Shown: positions 59,880 through 64,000 of the stretch, in pieces
How the letters are laid out: every line of letters starts with the position of its first letter
Numbering within the stretch: position 1 is the first letter of the stretch
NCBI RefSeq assembly: GCF_000143415.4
Contig: NW_003314292.1
Coordinates: forward strand, 1,123,498-1,187,497
Length of the DNA stretch: 64,000 nt
Direction: 5' to 3'
Source: Selaginella moellendorffii
Lineage: Eukaryota > Plantae > Lycopodiophyta
Translations under genes and position numbers: made by a program
Notes under the pieces: model-generated
Databases searched by the model: none
Seen by the model: the letters and a program-made list of their open reading frames with translations, nothing else
Told to the model about the DNA's origin: nothing

Positions 59880-60438
59880 GCAGGTCCTTTCGATCGATCA
59901 TCCTCATGATAGCTACGACGAGAGAACGAAGGATAGATCCTCAAAACTTTATCGTGCTTCGCAGCAAGCGCATTGATGTCGATCATCACTTCACTCTGCC
60001 TCTTGTCGAGAAAATTTTGTCAAGAAAGCCTTCAGCCTTCCACCTTTGCGGGCTCTTCGTCTCGAGTAGATGGGAAACTCTTTCCCTTGTGGGATCTGCA
60101 CGAAATAGTTCCTACATTGTCATTAAGCTTTTCGTCTAAGCCAAAAACTAAAAAGTTCAAACGGGAAGAACTCACCAATGCCCCCAGCGCTCTGGCAGCG
60201 ACGTGAGCTCCTTCTCCATCCTACTCGCCATTTCCTGGCGGATCTGGCGCTGCAGCTCCCTTGTCCCAGCCATGGTCGATTGCGCGTGCTGATTCGTCCG
60301 AATTTCGCAGCCAGTGGCAGGGATCGTCCCATGTCACGCCGTGGCGCGTCTTGGGGAACAATATCCTCGGCACGGCAGGATCGAATTGCCGCAATGCGCG
60401 ATCTGGAAGAGAAGAGAGTGCGCGCGGCAAAACACCAT
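59880..60438 (-). pseudogene. Oligopeptidase B 5' fragment, frameshifted
   Basis: Short deletion after the start codon relative to the 56671 copy; similarity ends near 59880. Confidence 0.7.
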
Positions 60439-60529
60439 AAAGCCCTTGCTTGGCAAGCATATTCCTGGAACCTTTCAAGCTAGCAAAATGGCGGGATGCT
60501 TAGAACCCTAGTAGGGTTTTGGGATTTCG

Positions 60530-62425
60530 ATGGAGGAGCGGGTTGTGGAGATTATGGCTTCTCGCGGAATGCGGCCTAAGGCGCAGTGGCTTTCTTCTTG
60601 CCTGCGCGAGCAGATCGGAGCGTCACAGTTGCCGGTAGACTTGTGCGCCGAGAAATGCTTTGCGCAGCTCCTCGCTGCCGATTTCAATCTCGTCACCGAT
60701 GCTGTGCTTCCTCCAGGGGTCCAGGCGATGCACAAAGTGGAGCTAGCGGGCCCTTTCGTTCTACAAGTAAGTGAAAGTTTTTCTATATTTTTTTTTATCG
60801 ACGGGAGCATGGCACACAGGTAGATGAAACGGTGGACATTTGCTGCGGCCTCAAGGATCGCTACCAGGAAAGAAATGCTGGAATTGGAAGTCGATGCTTG
60901 AAGCTATCCATGACCGACGGTGCTCAACGAGTTTTTGGCATTGAGTATCGTCCTATCCCACAGCTCAAAGTCTTACAACCAGCTGGTTTGAAGGTACACG
61001 TTCAAGAAATCCTTTAAAGTCTTTTCCATGATTTTTCTTTCTCCCAACCGCAGATTTGCGTAAGGAATGTCTGCGTCCGGAGAGGGATGTTTCTTCTTGT
61101 CCCGGAAATTGTTACTGTTCTAGGAGGTGTTGTCCAAGAGCTTGAAGAGGCTCGACAGAGAGTGGCACATCAAGTAAACAAACCTCCTCGGGGAAACAGG
61201 TAAAGTTTTCTTCTTCGTGTACTAGTTAAGGATATTTACAGGCACCCGCGTGGTACTACGCCACCATCGTTGGAAGAGCAACTTACACAAGCTGCCTGGC
61301 CCCGAACTCCTGACGTCCAAGAAAACAATGGTGCTGCAGCCAATCCTGGAAGTGAGCAGCAACCTTCTTCGACTGTTCGTGATCATCCATATACAGGTCT
61401 AACTTTTGCACAGTGACTGTGTTTGCCTTCTTTCTTTCATTCTTCTATCCTTGTATTTTGATTTTCTGTCTCTACTTTTTTGTCTTCAGGAAGGCAAGCA
61501 CCTGTTTCTATAGAAGATTTTTCTCGCGGTTCATATTCCTACAGTGAACAAACACCAAGTAAACACAAAGAAGGCCTTTCAGGTTTTCTCTCCATGCCTA
61601 ATTCTTTTGATGTTCACCTCCAGGACAGGACGAAACTACGCATCGGACCTCGTCTGGTACACCTTCCGAGACTTCTATCGGCCTGGGAACTTCGCGTATT
61701 CGTATGCTTTCCCTCCAATCCAATGAAACCAGGAGTAGAAGACAACTGCGGAGTAAGTTTTATGATCTTCAGATTTTCGTGACATATGCCCGTCCATTTT
61801 TCAGCCGCAGACAGCCTGGAGTTCCCTCCCTTTACGTATCTGGCGGTTCTACAGAGGCGGTTTATGGAGTCCGGTGTAGTTCAATCAGGCCGAGTTAAGG
61901 TAACAAAAGAAAAGAAAAAAGAAAGTACGATTCGTTTTCTGGATACAGTGTTTCCTTACAGCCATGAAAGAGTTCCTTTTCAAGGATCGCAATGCATACC
62001 GGCTGGCGATATACATCGAAGATGAAAGCCTTTTAACAGAAGCTCTAGTGAACCACGAGGTAAAGCTTCAATTCTGTTTAGTCAAGACTACAGTCTCCGA
62101 TTTTGCAGCTGGTTGAGAGGATGATCGGACACTCCCCTTTGGAAGTAAGTGCCGCTATAGCGAGCAACGAACACGCGCGAATGAAATCAAAGATGAGAGA
62201 ACTTCAAGCTTTTCTCAAGAGATACCAGGTATTATTATTTTTCTTCTTGTACTTTTGACTGGTTATTTTCTTCAGGGATACATGGACATAGAATTCGGGG
62301 ACATCGTGAGGGTTGTGGCCGTGAACGAATGCCTACATGCATCTGGAGATGGATGGACCCTTCTCGCCCGAGTTGAGGCCCAAAGCTCGAGTAGTATGGA
62401 GATGGACTTGTTTAATATTAATTAG
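60530..62425 (+). CDS. RMI1: RMI1, apparently the most intact 9-exon copy
   Basis: Approximate exons 60530-60768, 60820-60993, 61054-61199, 61242-61396, 61490-61752, 61805-61899, 61949-62058, 62109-62228, 62276-62425 with GT-AG introns; N-terminal OB fold and C-terminal YLAVL...CFLTAMKEF...IYIEDESL domain. Confidence 0.85.
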
Positions 62426-62689
62426 AATATATTTATTGTTAAATCACTCTAATAAAATAGTATTAATGTACTTAAATCTAAATTATTAAATTAATGTGGC
62501 ATTCAATAAAGTACAATTAAAAGTTTTACACAGTTGAATTTTATAGATATTTTTGTCATTAAAATTAATTAAGTGTTCAAAAGTTGGATCCTAATTGTTT
62601 TGAAACCAGGAATAACCTTTAAAAAATATTATTTATTACGTTTGCTATCACAAAGTAAATCATTATAATCCATAAAAATTACTTTAAAT

Positions 62690-63192
62690 AAAAATGTAAA
62701 TGAATTAAATTTGATACTGGATTGTGTACAAGTGGGACAATAATGACACTACAACTCCCATTATCATCCACTTGTAGAATAAAAAATAGATAACTTGATG
62801 TTAGTTTATTTTTTTTAATCTTATAGTATATAATTTATTTAAGGGGCTCCTTGCTCAATAGAAGGGATTGTATTGGGTGTTCTGTCAAGTTAAATTGTAA
62901 GTTTATGAGGTTTGGAATGATGTTTAATAGACTAATCTTCCAAAAATTATGCATATGTAATAGTTATAACACTTCATACAAAAGGAGTAGGAACAACTAG
63001 CACTACTTATAGATTTATTGATGTTGGGACAAAGTATACTATATATTATATACTAATATTAGTATAGTGGAATTTTGATAGCTGTTGGATTGGTTTTAAT
63101 CTAGGCCACTCACTCTTGTATATAAATTAAGGTGTTTATGTTAATTAATATGCATATTTTTGTATTCCATTTTCATATTCTATACACTCATA
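62690..63192 (+). mobile_element. AT-eroded relic (integrase end plus LTR) of the 175-bp-LTR gypsy family
   Basis: TGTACAAGTGGGACAA, AAGTTTATGAGGTT, CTTCATACAAA, TACTAATATTAG...GGATTGGTTT...CACTCA align with 9170-9728. Confidence 0.75.
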
Positions 63193-63324
63193 CTAGAAAT
63201 TAAATAAAATATTATTTTTAATTAATTTTATTGTTATAATTATTCCTCCATATTAATTTTTATAAATGTTAATACTAATTTTCTGGTATCTTATAAAATT
63301 ATAAGTGTTATACAATTTAATAAA

Positions 63325-63326
<2 letters not shown>

Positions 63327-63366
<40 letters not shown>
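63327..63366 (+). repeat. (TTA)n microsatellite
   Basis: Direct reading. Confidence 0.9.
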
Positions 63367-63367
<1 letters not shown>

Positions 63368-64000
63368 AGTAAATGACTGTATAATTTTATGAAAGCCTAA
63401 AAACCCTAATATTCTATGAATAATTTGGTATTACTATATTAACTAACAAGAACAACTCATAATATATTGTTAGAATTATTCAATTGGATTCCCATTATCA
63501 ACATCTTAGTAGCACATTTTACAAAATTAAACTATAATTTCAAATATTTAGATAGGTTTTTAAATAATGATAAAAGTCATCAAACAACACATGTCAACTT
63601 TTTAAAGCACTTATTAAGTATACATAACATTATTAAAATTAATTTTTCAAGAACATTTTTCCAGGGTAGTTAACCATTAGCAAAAACTGTATTTCTTTAC
63701 AAAAATTCTAACTTAGTTATAAACTAAAACAAATGCTTAATGACAATATTTCATGTTGAAATCCATTTCAATCACCCCTCCATTTGATAATAGCCTCCAG
63801 ATCAGATAATATTGGTTAAAAGAGTCAAACTTTCATGCTTTGCTTAAAAGAACCCTAATTGTAGACCATGATGAAGGGCGGCCTGCCATTAAACACCATC
63901 CTCATTCACTCTCTCTCCACTTACCTGGCGGTGATATGGCATTAGGCCTTCTTTTTGTTTTTTTCTCCAACGCAGTCCTTCTCCCATCTGTCGCTGCTAT

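Overview
Eukaryotic, repeat-rich land-plant genomic DNA. Introns are very short (about 45-90 nt), there is a TTTAGGG tract, and the Ty3/gypsy elements are of non-seed-plant type, so a lycophyte such as Selaginella is my inference. The backbone is a tandemly amplified cassette of head-to-head oligopeptidase B (5' part) and RMI1 genes, a chimeric OpdB-RadA gene and an intronless Ser/Thr kinase; copies lie at about 1-10.5 kb, 31.8-38.1 kb and 53.1-63.8 kb. Mobile elements in the window: a 928-bp hAT derivative (empty site visible in a paralog), a 6.2-kb fold-back gypsy structure, a tandem TRIM-like array, a degenerate gypsy, and a young 10.6-kb gypsy nested in that element's LTR. The most unusual object is a ~13-kb element bounded by 24-bp TIRs (16365-29310, spanning a 100-N gap). 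It carries a Sola-like DDD transposase and a divergently transcribed multi-exon gene joining a ParB/Srx-like domain, a degenerate beta-class amino-methyltransferase-like domain, an acidic linker and an FCP1-type HAD phosphatase. About 21 copies of a 22-bp palindrome (ATGGCRTG-N6-CAYGCCAT) are spread through its introns, ends and coding loops, which suggests a parS-like protein/site system. Also present: a divergent macrodomain gene, a bacterial-like secreted LamG protein and a GPX fragment. All family assignments come from reading motifs by eye; no database searches were run.
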